DNA of 64,000 nucleotides from positions 4,608,001 through 4,672,000 of the forward strand of contig CBDBDQ010000005.1 in the NCBI GenBank assembly GCA_965203905.1, in the 5' to 3' direction. The translations under genes were made by a program, and so were the position numbers. This stretch comes from Spirochaetia bacterium. GTDB taxonomy: Bacteria; Spirochaetota; Spirochaetia; SZUA-6; Bin103. This document shows positions 19,570 to 29,321 of this stretch, piece after piece (positions within the stretch are counted from its first letter, which is position 1; each line of letters opens with the position of its first letter). The notes beneath the pieces are model-generated. The model saw only the letters and a program-made list of their open reading frames with translations, made no database searches and had not been told where the DNA came from.

Positions 19570-20009
19570 GGCGTAAATATAAGCATGGAAGAGAAATAGC
19601 CTGCTGCGGCAAGGCTCGGACCGGCACCTGGAAGGGCTCAGGCCGGCGCTGGCGGGGTGCTGACGGGCCTGGTGGGCGTGGCGGGATGTTCGCAGGGTCG
19701 GAAGGGCCGGAACGTGCGGTAGCGGGCCGTGACGAGCAGCGCCAAACCCGTCAAGTGCTCAGCGCACTTTTTGGCACCTTTGCAGAATCCTGCACCGCGG
19801 CGTCGAGGTAGAAGCAACCCATCGTAGAGACCGGCGATGCGGGAGGCGGATACCCGCTTATTCCTGGACACCTCGTACAGCGATCTAACCACGCACCCTT
19901 AAGACGGCGATCTGACAGGCGCCGGGGGCAATCACCGCCGCTCGGCCACTACTGCCAGAACATCCCTTGCCCACACGGGATTCAGACGTCGCTGAGCATG
20001 GGATGGCCC
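18914..20009 (-). mobile_element. Repeat element copy 1: conserved non-coding leader (19570-20009) plus truncated DUF222-like/HNH-type gene
   Basis: The reverse complement aligns with 59876-60269 plus 62869-63558. Homology starts at GGGCCATCCCATGCT and ends at …ATCGAC…TGTCA. Mobility is inferred from dispersed multicopy occurrence. Confidence 0.75.
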
Positions 20010-20104
20010 GGGGGGGAACTGGGGCGAGCGGAGAGTAACCAGGCCGCTGCTGAGGCGCTGGCGGCTGGCCGCGAGCGGTGGGGCTCGGCATAATCGACCG
20101 TACC

Positions 20105-20902
20105 ATGCTGACCGACCGACAGCTCCGGCACTACCGCACCTTCGGTTTCGTGGTGCTGCGCAACCTGTTCAGCGCGGACGAGGTGGCGACCCTGCGCGCG
20201 GAGTACGAGGCGGAGCTCGGCCTGGTGTACGCCGACCGGCCCTTCACCGGCGAGACCCGCTACTGGACCACCATGCTGCATCCGCGCACGCCGCTGTTCG
20301 CCGGGCTGTTGGAGGACGAGCGGTTCTGCTCCGTGGCGGAGCAGCTCTACGGGCCCGACGTCATCGGCATCTGCACCGACGCCAACCGCTACGTCGGCGA
20401 CACCCGCTGGCACCCGGACCACGCCGCGGACCCGGACGAGGACTGCTTCGGCGTGAAGTTCGCCTTCTATCTCGACCCGGTGGGAGCGGACACGGGGGCC
20501 CTGCGGTTGATCCCTGGCTCTCACAACCGCGCCTTCCACGAGCAGGTGCGGGACTCGCTGCCGGCCCTGGACCTCTCGGTCGTGGAGGTGCCGGCCTGCG
20601 TGTGCGCCTCCGATCCGGGCGACGTGGTGGCGTTCGACATGCGCTGCTGGCATGCCAGCCACGGCGGCGCCGACGGCCGCCGCATGGCGACCTGCGTCTA
20701 CTACAACAACCCCAAGGGAGAGAAAGAAGAAGCCGCCACGCGCCGCCGCGCCCGCATAGCCCGCGAAACCCCGGACCGGTTCGGCCGCCCCGGACAGCAG
20801 ATGTATCCGGCCGAGTGGCTGGCCAACCCCGACGCCAGTTCACGTCGTGAACGCTGGCTGCGCCGGATGGCCGAGTTCGGCTACTTCGAGCTGTCGGCGT
20901 AG
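20105..20902 (+). CDS. Phytanoyl-CoA dioxygenase (PhyH) family protein
   Basis: FGFVVLRNLF, WHPD (HxD), LRLIPGSH, GDVVAFDMRCWHAS. Confidence 0.9.
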   Translation: MLTDRQLRHYRTFGFVVLRNLFSADEVATLRAEYEAELGLVYADRPFTGETRYWTTMLHPRTPLFAGLLEDERFCSVAEQLYGPDVIGICTDANRYVGDTRWHPDHAADPDEDCFGVKFAFYLDPVGADTGALRLIPGSHNRAFHEQVRDSLPALDLSVVEVPACVCASDPGDVVAFDMRCWHASHGGADGRRMATCVYYNNPKGEKEEAATRRRARIARETPDRFGRPGQQMYPAEWLANPDASSRRERWLRRMAEFGYFELSA

Positions 20903-20997
20903 CGCGCCCGCCGCCGCGCGCGCCCGAACTTATACGGTGGTCCCGGTCGCAACCGTCTCTGTGATGGGTGGCGGTCAGACGCGATGTCGTAGTGCGA

Positions 20998-21315
20998 GTG
21001 ACCCGAAACGACATCGATGCCGTCGCTGCACGCATCGGTGCGGAGTTCCTGCCCGAGAAAGTGATTCTGTTCGGATCTTACGCCTTCGGTACGCCCGCTC
21101 CAGATTCGGATGTCGATCTGCTGGTGATCATGGAGCATCAGGGCAGCGGCATGTCGCAAGCTCTGGAGATCGTCCGCCGCGTCAAATCAAGGATCCCCAT
21201 CGATCTTGTCGTGAGGACTCCGCGGGAGATCCGCCAGCGCTTGGCCTGGAACGATTTTTTCCTCAAGGAAGTGATACGACGGGGGGAAGTGCTCTATGAA
21301 TCCACTCACGCTTGA
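20998..21315 (+). CDS. Minimal nucleotidyltransferase (MNT) antitoxin of an MNT-HEPN pair
   Basis: KVILFGSYAFGTPAPDSDVDLLVI (GSx10DxD), IDLVVRTP, GEVLYE. GTG start at 20998 is uncertain. Confidence 0.88.
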   Translation: MTRNDIDAVAARIGAEFLPEKVILFGSYAFGTPAPDSDVDLLVIMEHQGSGMSQALEIVRRVKSRIPIDLVVRTPREIRQRLAWNDFFLKEVIRRGEVLYESTHA

Positions 21316-21352
21316 GTGGATTCAGAAGGCCGAGGGGCGACTTCGCTGCTGG
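21296..21352 (+). pseudogene. Stub of a HEPN-domain toxin gene
   Basis: Overlaps the MNT 3' end. MNPLTLEWIQKAEG continues as DFAA after a one-base shift, matching the HEPN N-terminal W..KAEGDF pattern, then runs into the convergent gene. Confidence 0.65.
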
Positions 21353-22147
21353 TCAGAAGCCGGCCAGGTTCTCCCGGAGGTAGGCTGCCGCGAGGCGGAT
21401 CTGCTCGACGCGGTCCGGATGCTTGCCCTCGTAGACGATGGAGATGCAGCCATTGTAGCGGGCGGCCTTGATGAGTGCGACGATGCGCTCGTAGTCGAGC
21501 CACTCCTCGGTGCCGCTCTCGATGCGATAGAACTTGGTGCGGATGTAGGAGGCATGGCCGATGGTCTGCTCCATGTAGGCGTAGAAGTCGTGCCGGGGGT
21601 CGGTTTCTCCAATCGGCACCGAGCCCGGCGAGCCCAGCCACTGGCCGGTATCCATGATGAAGTTGAAGTTGTCCCGGTCGACCTCGCGGCGGATGCGCAG
21701 CATCTCCTCGCCCGTCGACGGGTGATTCTGCAGGCCGATGGCCACGCCCTGCGCCGCGGCATAGTCCGCCACCTCCCGGTAGCCGGCGATCATCGGCGGC
21801 CAGGTGTCCTCGCCGTCGCCGTTCTGCTCCGGGACCGAGGAGCAGAACATGCGGATCAGGGGGGAGCCCAGGAACGCGGCCAGGTCGACCGCCCGTTTCG
21901 AGTCGGCGGCATGCTCGCGGCGCTCTTCGGCGGTCCCGTGGAACAGCCCGCTGACGCCGATGTAACCGAGCGGCAGGCCGTAGCGGAGACACAGCAGCTT
22001 GATGGTGGTGAGGTAGGCGGGGTCGGTCGACAGGAACGCCTGCGCGTGAAAGTCGACCACGTCCAGCCGCAGGTCGTAGCAGATCCTGATGAAGTCCTCG
22101 ACGCTGGTGTCGCGGAGACTGAGGAAATTGCAGCCCAGCTTGATCAT
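21353..22147 (-). CDS. Sugar phosphate isomerase/epimerase (AP endonuclease 2 TIM barrel)
   Basis: GSPLIRMF, IGLQNH, MDTGQW, YNGCISIVYEG. GGAG RBS present. Confidence 0.85.
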   Translation of the reverse strand: MIKLGCNFLSLRDTSVEDFIRICYDLRLDVVDFHAQAFLSTDPAYLTTIKLLCLRYGLPLGYIGVSGLFHGTAEERREHAADSKRAVDLAAFLGSPLIRMFCSSVPEQNGDGEDTWPPMIAGYREVADYAAAQGVAIGLQNHPSTGEEMLRIRREVDRDNFNFIMDTGQWLGSPGSVPIGETDPRHDFYAYMEQTIGHASYIRTKFYRIESGTEEWLDYERIVALIKAARYNGCISIVYEGKHPDRVEQIRLAAAYLRENLAGF

Positions 22148-22238
22148 CCGTTACTCCTGTCGGCGCGCATCGCAGCAGCGGCAGGCCCAGTATAGTGGAG
22201 CGGCGCGCGTGCCGTATATGCTGGCGCGGGGAGGCGCG

Positions 22239-23084
22239 GTGATCATCGACAGCCATCTGCACGTCTGGAGCGACGACCCGGTGCGCTATCCGTGGGCGGG
22301 GGAGGGCACCACCGAGGCCGGCACGGTGGAGCTGCTGCTGGAGACCATGGCCAAGCACGGCGTGCACAAGGCGTGCATCGTGCAGCCGATCCACTACCTG
22401 TTCGACAACCGTTACGTCGCCGACTGCCTGGCCCGCTATCCCACGACGTTCTCCGGCATCGCGCTCATGGACCGGCGGGCGCCGGATGCGGTGGAGCAAC
22501 TGGAGCGGCTGGTCGGGGAACACGGCTTCGAGGGGCTGCGCATGCACCTGGGCCGGGCCGACGACCCGGCGGAGTGGGCGGCGCCCGACCAGGACCCGAT
22601 CTGGCGCAAGGCCGAGGAGCTGGGCGCCTGCATGCTGAGCCTGGGTCCCGCGGAGCAGCAGCCGGCGCTGGCGCCGATCGTCGCCCGCCACCCCGGGGTC
22701 AAGGTGATCCTCGATCACCTCGGCGGCGCCCCGGTGCATGAAGAGCCGCCCTTTCCGTTGCTGCGCAAGGTCCTCGACCTGGCGCGCTACCCCAACGTCT
22801 ACGTCAAGTTCACGCCACGGGTGGGAGCCGGCACCGACATCTACCCGTTCCCCGACCAGCACGCGGTATACCAGCGCATCTACGACGCCTTCGGTTTCCA
22901 GCGCCTGATGTGGGGCACCGACTTCCCGCACATCTTCCGCAACATCGGCTATCGCGCGGGCCTGGACCTGTTTCGCCGCCACATGAGGTTTCTCAACGAA
23001 GAGGACAAGCAGTGGCTGTTCGCCAAGACGGCGTTGAGCATCTGGAAGTTCGGCGCCACGGAGGAGGTCGCCGGAGGCCGTTGA
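22239..23084 (+). CDS. Amidohydrolase family protein (LigI/lactonase-like)
   Basis: IIDSHLHVW, ILDHLG, RLMWGTDFP. GGAGG before GTG 22239. Confidence 0.9.
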   Translation: MIIDSHLHVWSDDPVRYPWAGEGTTEAGTVELLLETMAKHGVHKACIVQPIHYLFDNRYVADCLARYPTTFSGIALMDRRAPDAVEQLERLVGEHGFEGLRMHLGRADDPAEWAAPDQDPIWRKAEELGACMLSLGPAEQQPALAPIVARHPGVKVILDHLGGAPVHEEPPFPLLRKVLDLARYPNVYVKFTPRVGAGTDIYPFPDQHAVYQRIYDAFGFQRLMWGTDFPHIFRNIGYRAGLDLFRRHMRFLNEEDKQWLFAKTALSIWKFGATEEVAGGR

Positions 23085-23108
23085 CGTGGCAGGCGGTGGA
23101 GCGCGGAG

Positions 23109-23705
23109 TCAGCCGGATTCGGCCACCGCCTGCTCCACGGCGCGGGTGAAGGCCTCGACTTCCCGCGCCGAGGTCAGCCGCACGAAGCGGACGTGGGACC
23201 AGCGCGGGTCGGTGTGCAGCGCCAGCGTGTGGTTGCGCTTGCGCGCATGCTGGGTGACGAGCCAGGTGAGCAGGGAGTCCTGGCGCCAGATCATGAACTG
23301 GGGCCAGAACCGTTCCTGGTTCGTTCCCCACAACAGCTCCTTGGAACGCCAGCGCTGCCAGGTGCGGCGCAGTATCCGCCAGAGCATCAGCGGCATCGGG
23401 AGGTCGAGCCAGACGACGGCCTCCAGGCGATCCCAGAAGCAACGCTGTGAATGGCTCATGTAGGAACCGGCAACGACCCAGCGCTCGCCGCGCGTCGCGG
23501 CGCGGAAACGGCGGTCGAGCTCCTGCGGATCCCTGTCATGCACGGCGACCCATCCCGGCTCCCAGTTGAGCGCGTCCAGTTCCACGAACGCCGCGTCGAG
23601 CACCTTCGCCAATCGCGCGGCCAGCGTGGTCTTGCCGGATCCGGTATTGCCCAGCACGTGAATGCGGCGACCGATCGGCGACGCCGGCTCGTGTTCGCTC
23701 GTCAT
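23109..23705 (-). CDS. P-loop adenylate-kinase-like protein (FlaR-like)
   Basis: RIHVLGNTGSGKTT, ELDALNWEPGW, VVWLDLP. Start ATG 23705. Confidence 0.85.
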   Translation of the reverse strand: MTSEHEPASPIGRRIHVLGNTGSGKTTLAARLAKVLDAAFVELDALNWEPGWVAVHDRDPQELDRRFRAATRGERWVVAGSYMSHSQRCFWDRLEAVVWLDLPMPLMLWRILRRTWQRWRSKELLWGTNQERFWPQFMIWRQDSLLTWLVTQHARKRNHTLALHTDPRWSHVRFVRLTSAREVEAFTRAVEQAVAESG

Positions 23706-24208
23706 GCCTGCGCGCCGTAGTTCGCCTTGACCAGGGTGGCGAGCTCTGCAACCCGCTCCCGGGAGACGACTGCTTTTCGGACCGTCTCCGCGGCACGTGG
23801 CTGGAGTACCGAGATGTGTGGTGGACCAGGCCCCCAATCACTCGACTGCCGGCGCGGGACGACGTGAATGTGGAAGTGCGGCACCTCTTGCAGACTGGTC
23901 ACGCCGTTGTTCTGGTAAACCGTGATGCCATCTGGATTGAACGTAGTTGTCAGGGCGCTGGCGGCGCTCCGCACCTTGTTCATGACTTCGATGGCTTCAG
24001 CATCGGTCAGATCCAGAATCGTCGGCGCATGCCGGCGAGGAATGATGAGAAGCTGGCCGACTTCGAACTGTCTTGGGTTGATGAACGTGAGCGTAGTGTC
24101 GGTCGCATCGACGATGTGCCTGGTTTCGCGATGCCCGGCGGCCAGTTCACAGAATGGACATGGCACCCGTGTCGGCAACTGGAATGGCGCGATGCTCCGA
24201 CTCATCAT
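23702..24208 (-). CDS. HIT family hydrolase
   Basis: CPFC, LIIPRRH, NNG…QEVPHFHIHVVPR histidine triad. Confidence 0.92.
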   Translation of the reverse strand: MMSRSIAPFQLPTRVPCPFCELAAGHRETRHIVDATDTTLTFINPRQFEVGQLLIIPRRHAPTILDLTDAEAIEVMNKVRSAASALTTTFNPDGITVYQNNGVTSLQEVPHFHIHVVPRRQSSDWGPGPPHISVLQPRAAETVRKAVVSRERVAELATLVKANYGAQA

Positions 24209-24487
24209 ACGGAATCTAATGCGCATTTGATCGCAGGAGAAGTAGGACGGTTGGGTTGGCCGCTCTACTTGACCGACTTGGCCGCGCTTGCCTACCGTGG
24301 ACCAAGCGTACTGGCACACGACGGAGTGGTCGGCGGCACCTGCAAGTGCACGTCTCGAAAGATGGCACCGGTCGCGCTGAAGTTGCGGTCACGCTACGCG
24401 GCGCGTGGAACCGAGACACCGCCCCGAGCGGCTGCCGTGAACCCGGCGTCGCTCGGTATCGGGCTACCAAGCGCCGGCGGGGGGAGA

Positions 24488-26116
24488 GTGACCGTGGATC
24501 CAACTGAGCTACTGATCGGCGACGAAGCACAGTACTTCTTCGACGACGCGATCATCGAAACACTGGTCAGCCTCAAGCGTACGATCCACAGTCCCGAGCG
24601 GCATCCAGGCAACCCCATCATTCAGTCGGACCGGCCGTGGGAGCAGATTACCTACGCTTCCTGCAACGGCGGCCAATTCTGGCGCGACGCGGCTACCGGG
24701 CAGTTTCACTGTCTGTACACCAACTTCAAGTTTGACCGCGATCGCTATGCCCGGCAGGGGGGAAGTATTCACAGTCCTGATGTCGCCGTTATGAGCACGT
24801 TGTACGCCTGCTCCGAGGACGGCCACGTGTGGCAGAAGCCGGCACTGGGGATTCATCGCGAGGGGGGCGAAGACACCAATACCGTACTTGGGAGCGCGGC
24901 AACCGGTGGAGTCTATGACTTGGCGCTGCTCGACGATCCATTCGCGGGTAGGCCCGAGCAGCGCTACAAGGCGCTGTACACGTACGTTTCACCGGCCGGA
25001 CTCGCCGGCCACCCCGCCGTAAGGGCGGCCACCTCGGGCGACGGGATTCACTGGACGACTGTGGACCGACCACTGAACTTCGGAAAGGCGCGTAGCGGGC
25101 TCGGGGACGTGCTGATCCTGAGCTGCGATCCGGACTCGCGTACCTATCTGTGCTTCACCCGCCATGGCAACATGGGGTTCGCCCCGAGAGATGTGCCGGA
25201 AGTCCAGTTGCCGGCACTGGGCACGCCACGATTCGACGTACGGTTGGGAGCCGAGAACCGGCGTGCCCGGCGGCGCATTTTCCTCGCCGAAAGTCACGAC
25301 TTCGTGAATTGGACCGTTCCCCGCGTAGTCCTTGCTCCTATTCCGGAACTGGACAACGTGGATGTCGGTTTCTACGGTATGGCACCGTTCAAAGTCGGTG
25401 GCCAGTGGATTGGGTTTCTCAACGTACTGCACATGGTCGATAACACGATGAACGTCGAGTTGGCGCACAGCAGGGACGGTCGGAACTGGCGCCGGCTGGC
25501 ACCGACGCATTCCTGGCTGGAGTGTGGCTCGGCGGGTAGCTGGGAGCAGTTCATGGTGACGGTTTCGAGCACGCCCATTGATGTAGGCAAGCAAACCTTC
25601 GTGTACTACGGCGGCGCCCGGAACCATCACGATTGGTGGTTCGCCGGCACCCGCGAGAACCGCGACAATCCGCGATTGTGGGATCATGCGCCCGAGGTAG
25701 CGAACATGGACGCCGTGAGCTACGGGCTCGGTCTCGCGAAGATTAGGCAGGGCGGCTTTGTGTCGCTGGGAGCCAACCGCGCACGCGAGGGCTTCCTGGT
25801 CACGCAACCGCTGCTGTCACGCGGCGACCGCCTCGAGATCAACGCTTGTTGCGGTCCTGACGGCTACGTGATCGCCGAAGTAACCGACGTGATGCACAAC
25901 GCGCTCCCGGGACGCCTGCGGACGGAGTGTGACCCGTTTCTTGGTGACTCGGTGGCGCACCAGATCACGTGGCAGGGAGATCCTGACATCCCTATGCCGG
26001 ACGCCACAGGAATGCGCGAAGGTATTGCCTATCGCAGGGTACGTTTCTTTGTCCGCGACGCAGAGTTGTACAGCTTTCGACTTGCCGGAGGCCATGACGG
26101 GCGCCGGCAGCAGTGA
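24488..26116 (+). CDS. Uncharacterised five-bladed beta-propeller glycoside-hydrolase-like protein (GH32/43/130 clan)
   Basis: QYFFDD, NPII…PWE, Asp-box-like SEDGHVW/SGDGIHW/SRDGRNW repeats, YYGG…HHDWW. Paralogue of 29322-30899. Confidence 0.75.
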   Translation: MTVDPTELLIGDEAQYFFDDAIIETLVSLKRTIHSPERHPGNPIIQSDRPWEQITYASCNGGQFWRDAATGQFHCLYTNFKFDRDRYARQGGSIHSPDVAVMSTLYACSEDGHVWQKPALGIHREGGEDTNTVLGSAATGGVYDLALLDDPFAGRPEQRYKALYTYVSPAGLAGHPAVRAATSGDGIHWTTVDRPLNFGKARSGLGDVLILSCDPDSRTYLCFTRHGNMGFAPRDVPEVQLPALGTPRFDVRLGAENRRARRRIFLAESHDFVNWTVPRVVLAPIPELDNVDVGFYGMAPFKVGGQWIGFLNVLHMVDNTMNVELAHSRDGRNWRRLAPTHSWLECGSAGSWEQFMVTVSSTPIDVGKQTFVYYGGARNHHDWWFAGTRENRDNPRLWDHAPEVANMDAVSYGLGLAKIRQGGFVSLGANRAREGFLVTQPLLSRGDRLEINACCGPDGYVIAEVTDVMHNALPGRLRTECDPFLGDSVAHQITWQGDPDIPMPDATGMREGIAYRRVRFFVRDAELYSFRLAGGHDGRRQQ

Positions 26117-26206
26117 CGATTCCCGGGTCCCGGCTTTGCTCGCCTGCTCTCGTCTGGCGGAGACTACGGTGCGCGATCGGCCTGGAGCACCTCATGGAAC
26201 GTCAAT

Positions 26207-26235
26207 TTGACAGGCTGGTAGCAAGCGGTTAGGCT
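26207..26235 (+). promoter_or_regulatory. Sigma70-type promoter of the solute-binding-protein operon
   Basis: TTGACA (26207-12), 17 nt spacer, TAGGCT (26230-35). Overlapped by the palindrome GTCAA-T-TTGAC (26201-11). Confidence 0.65.
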
Positions 26236-26279
26236 GCTGGATTGACCCGACAACATCACCAGGAAACCGGAGGCAACTC

Positions 26280-28241
26280 ATGAGACACGGTATTCGAATC
26301 GTTACAGGCGCTGCAGCGTTCCTGCTGGCAATCGCGGCGTACGCCGGAGGCACCGGTGAGGGGGCCGTGACAACTGACGCCGCCGAGCCCTCGGCAGCTT
26401 CCACGGGGCGCTACCAGGAAGCACCGATGCTGCAGGCACTGGTGCAGGCGGGCGAGCTGCCGCCGGTGGCCGAACGACTGCCGCCGGAGCCGCTGGTGGT
26501 GCAGCCCTATGCCGGGATCGGGAAGTACGGCGGCACGCTCACCACCGGTGACACCAGGCCGGGCGGATTCGGAGTCGACACCCGTCCGCTGTACGAGACG
26601 TTCTTCAAGCAGCACTTTCCGAATTACAGCGACGTCAGTCCCAACCTTGCCACCGGCTTTGCGTTCTCCGGCGGTGCCAGCGCCATTACCGTCACGCTGC
26701 GTGAGGGCGTGCGCTGGTCGGACGGTACGCCGTTCACCGCGGACGACGTCGTGTTCTACTACGAAGCCGAGTTCACCAACGAAACGCTGATGCCAGTAAA
26801 GAAGGCGATGTGGGTCGCGGGCGGTCATCCCATGACCATGGAGAAGGTGGATGATCTCACGTTCCGGATCGGCTGGCCGGTGGCGAACGGCATCGTCCGC
26901 TCCTACCTCGGTGGGTCGCACGCGCGCCAGGGGCTGTTCTACATGCCGCGCCACTATGTCAGCACGTTTCACATCGACTACAACGCCGACGCCAACTCCC
27001 TGGCCAAGGAGGAGGGCTTCGAGACCTGGGACAAGCTGTTCAACTTCAAGAAGCTGCCGCGTAACGGCGGCCCGACGGTCTCCGCCTACGTCCTGGAGGA
27101 GTCCTCGGCCGAGAAAGCCGTCGCGGTGCGCAATCCCTACTACTGGAAGGTGGATACTGCCGGCAACCAGTTGCCCTACATCGACCGCTGGGTGGAGAAG
27201 GAGTTCGCCAACCCGGAAACGCGTACGGTGGCGTTGATCGCCGGCGATCTGGACTTCGGCGCCGGCTTGAACGACTTGGCGAACATGCCGCTCTACCGCC
27301 AGAACGAACAGCAGGGCGGCTATCGTACGCTACTCTATCCCACCGACAAGAACGGCGGGGTGTACGCCCTGAACGAGACCTACAACGGTGAACACGCGGA
27401 AGTGCTGCGGCCGCTGTTCCGCGACCGGCAGTTCCGCCGCGCGCTGTCGCTGGCGATCAACCGCGACGAGGTCAACCAGCTCGTATACCTGGGACTGGCG
27501 CGGCCATCGCAGGCCACCGTGCTGCCGTCGGTCAGCTTCTACGAGCAGCGCTGGGGCGACAACTACGCCGCCTACGACCCCGCTCAGGCGAACGCGATGC
27601 TGGATGAAATCGGGCTGGACCAGCGCGACGGTGACGGGTTCCGTCTGCTTCCGAACGGCGAGCCGCTGTTCCTCCTCATCGAGTCGTGCGATGCCTGCGG
27701 CGTGCCGGTGAAGGTGCACGAGCTGGTCACCCAGTACTGGCGCGAGGTTGGCGTCAAGACCGATCTCAAGATGCTGCAGAAGGCGCGCTACGACCAGCGC
27801 ACCCGCGAAGGGCTGGTGCAGGTGACCGCGCACCAGGCCTCCGGCATGGATGAACCGACGGTGTGGTGGCGCACCATCGCCTCCGGCTACATGTTCGGTT
27901 CGCCGCACCGGCTGCTCACCTACGGGCACGAGTACACCCGCTGGCGCAACAGCAACGGGGCCCAGGGCGAGGCGCCGCCGGAGTCGTTCCAGAAGGTGTT
28001 CGATCTCCTCGAGCAGTGGCGCACCGTCGAGTACGGCTCCGCCGACTACGAGCGGCTGGGTCGCGAGCTGTTCGAGTTGCACTACGAGAATCTGTGGATG
28101 ATCGGAACCGTGCAACAGCCACCGCATCCGATCATCGTTTCCAACAAGCTGCGCAACGTTCCGGTGGACGAGGACGGGATCTGGGCGGTAGGCCCCATCT
28201 GGGTACAGGCGCTGCTCCAGGATCAATGGTACTTCGAATAG
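26280..28241 (+). CDS. Family-5 ABC transporter substrate-binding protein
   Basis: GGAGG RBS, signal peptide, EAPML…GELPPVAERLP, LREGVRWSDGTPFTADDV, RNPYYWKVDTAGNQLPYID. Confidence 0.93.
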   Translation: MRHGIRIVTGAAAFLLAIAAYAGGTGEGAVTTDAAEPSAASTGRYQEAPMLQALVQAGELPPVAERLPPEPLVVQPYAGIGKYGGTLTTGDTRPGGFGVDTRPLYETFFKQHFPNYSDVSPNLATGFAFSGGASAITVTLREGVRWSDGTPFTADDVVFYYEAEFTNETLMPVKKAMWVAGGHPMTMEKVDDLTFRIGWPVANGIVRSYLGGSHARQGLFYMPRHYVSTFHIDYNADANSLAKEEGFETWDKLFNFKKLPRNGGPTVSAYVLEESSAEKAVAVRNPYYWKVDTAGNQLPYIDRWVEKEFANPETRTVALIAGDLDFGAGLNDLANMPLYRQNEQQGGYRTLLYPTDKNGGVYALNETYNGEHAEVLRPLFRDRQFRRALSLAINRDEVNQLVYLGLARPSQATVLPSVSFYEQRWGDNYAAYDPAQANAMLDEIGLDQRDGDGFRLLPNGEPLFLLIESCDACGVPVKVHELVTQYWREVGVKTDLKMLQKARYDQRTREGLVQVTAHQASGMDEPTVWWRTIASGYMFGSPHRLLTYGHEYTRWRNSNGAQGEAPPESFQKVFDLLEQWRTVEYGSADYERLGRELFELHYENLWMIGTVQQPPHPIIVSNKLRNVPVDEDGIWAVGPIWVQALLQDQWYFE

Positions 28242-28281
28242 CGTAGCGGCAATCCCGCCACGTAATGGCGGGCGATTGAGA

Positions 28282-29310
28282 ATGGCACGATTCGAGTTGC
28301 TGGCGGCGAACTACAACGCCGGCGCGATGGCGGTGTACGATGAATTCGGTCGTTGGCTGGCGCGTCGCGATGTCAAGCTGACTCTGCGGCAGTGCGGCAC
28401 GGAACAGGATCTTATCGCCGGCCTGCGGGCGGCGGAGGTGCTGTTGGCGTTTCGCATTCCCGTAACGCGGCGGGCAATCGCGGCGGCGCCGCGGCTGCGG
28501 CTCATCATGGCCTCCGGCAACGGTTTCGATCATATCGACGTTGCCGCCGCAACCGAACATGGGGTGCCCGTCACCTGTGGCCGCAGATACAACGTGGAGG
28601 ATGTGGCCGAGCACGCCATTCTCCTGATGCTCTGGTGCGGGCGCAAGATCGGGATGCTGCAGGCGGGCGTGCGGCGCAGCGCGTGGCCGTGGCCGTGTGG
28701 AGCGCACGTGCAGCCGGTGCGCCGACTGGCCGGTCGCACCCTCGGCATCGTCGGTTTCGGCTTGATCGGACGTGCGGTCGCCGGTCTCGCCCGGGGCCTG
28801 GGGCTCGCCGTGTGCGCCCACGACCCGTACCTGCCGGCTGGCCGGATCGAAGCGGAAGGTGCCGAACCCGAGTCCTTGCCGGCTCTCTTGCGGCGGTCCG
28901 ACTTCGTCTCGCTGCACCTCCGGGCCAACGAGGAGACTACCCGCCTGATCGGCGAGCCGCAGCTCAGGATGATGCAGCGCACGGCTTACGTGATCAACAC
29001 CAGTCGCGGCCAGGTGATCGACGAGCAGGCGCTCATCCGTGCCTTGCGCGAGGGGTGGATCGCCGGTGCCGGCCTGGACGTGCTCGCGAGCGAACCGCCG
29101 CCGGTCGATCACCCGCTGCTGTCGATGGAAAACGTATTGATCACCGGACACGCGGCAGGGTCGACGGTCGAGTCCACCGTGGCATGGCGCGAGGAGTGGC
29201 AGCAGATCGTGTCCGACCATCTCGCGGGGGCACGGCCGATCAACGTCGTGAACCCCGAGGTCAAAGAGATTGCGGCCACCACCGCGCCGCATGGTAAACG
29301 CGGGGTGTGA
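28282..29310 (+). CDS. D-isomer-specific 2-hydroxyacid dehydrogenase (CtBP/SerA-like)
   Basis: GFDHID, GIVGFGLIG, INTSRG, AGLDV…EP, ITGHAAG. Confidence 0.9.
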   Translation: MARFELLAANYNAGAMAVYDEFGRWLARRDVKLTLRQCGTEQDLIAGLRAAEVLLAFRIPVTRRAIAAAPRLRLIMASGNGFDHIDVAAATEHGVPVTCGRRYNVEDVAEHAILLMLWCGRKIGMLQAGVRRSAWPWPCGAHVQPVRRLAGRTLGIVGFGLIGRAVAGLARGLGLAVCAHDPYLPAGRIEAEGAEPESLPALLRRSDFVSLHLRANEETTRLIGEPQLRMMQRTAYVINTSRGQVIDEQALIRALREGWIAGAGLDVLASEPPPVDHPLLSMENVLITGHAAGSTVESTVAWREEWQQIVSDHLAGARPINVVNPEVKEIAATTAPHGKRGV

Positions 29311-29321
29311 GCGCGCTTTCA

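Noticed and set aside
19617-19660. Cobalamin-riboswitch-like CTGGAAGG/GGGAAGG tract on the antisense strand of the leader
   Set aside because: Other B12-box elements are absent and there is no downstream B12-related gene.
19638-19892. Protein-coding explanation for the conserved leader (84-aa ORF; also 59731-60216 on the other strand)
   Set aside because: The equivalent frame in the other copy has an in-frame stop or no matching start, and substitutions are mostly non-synonymous.
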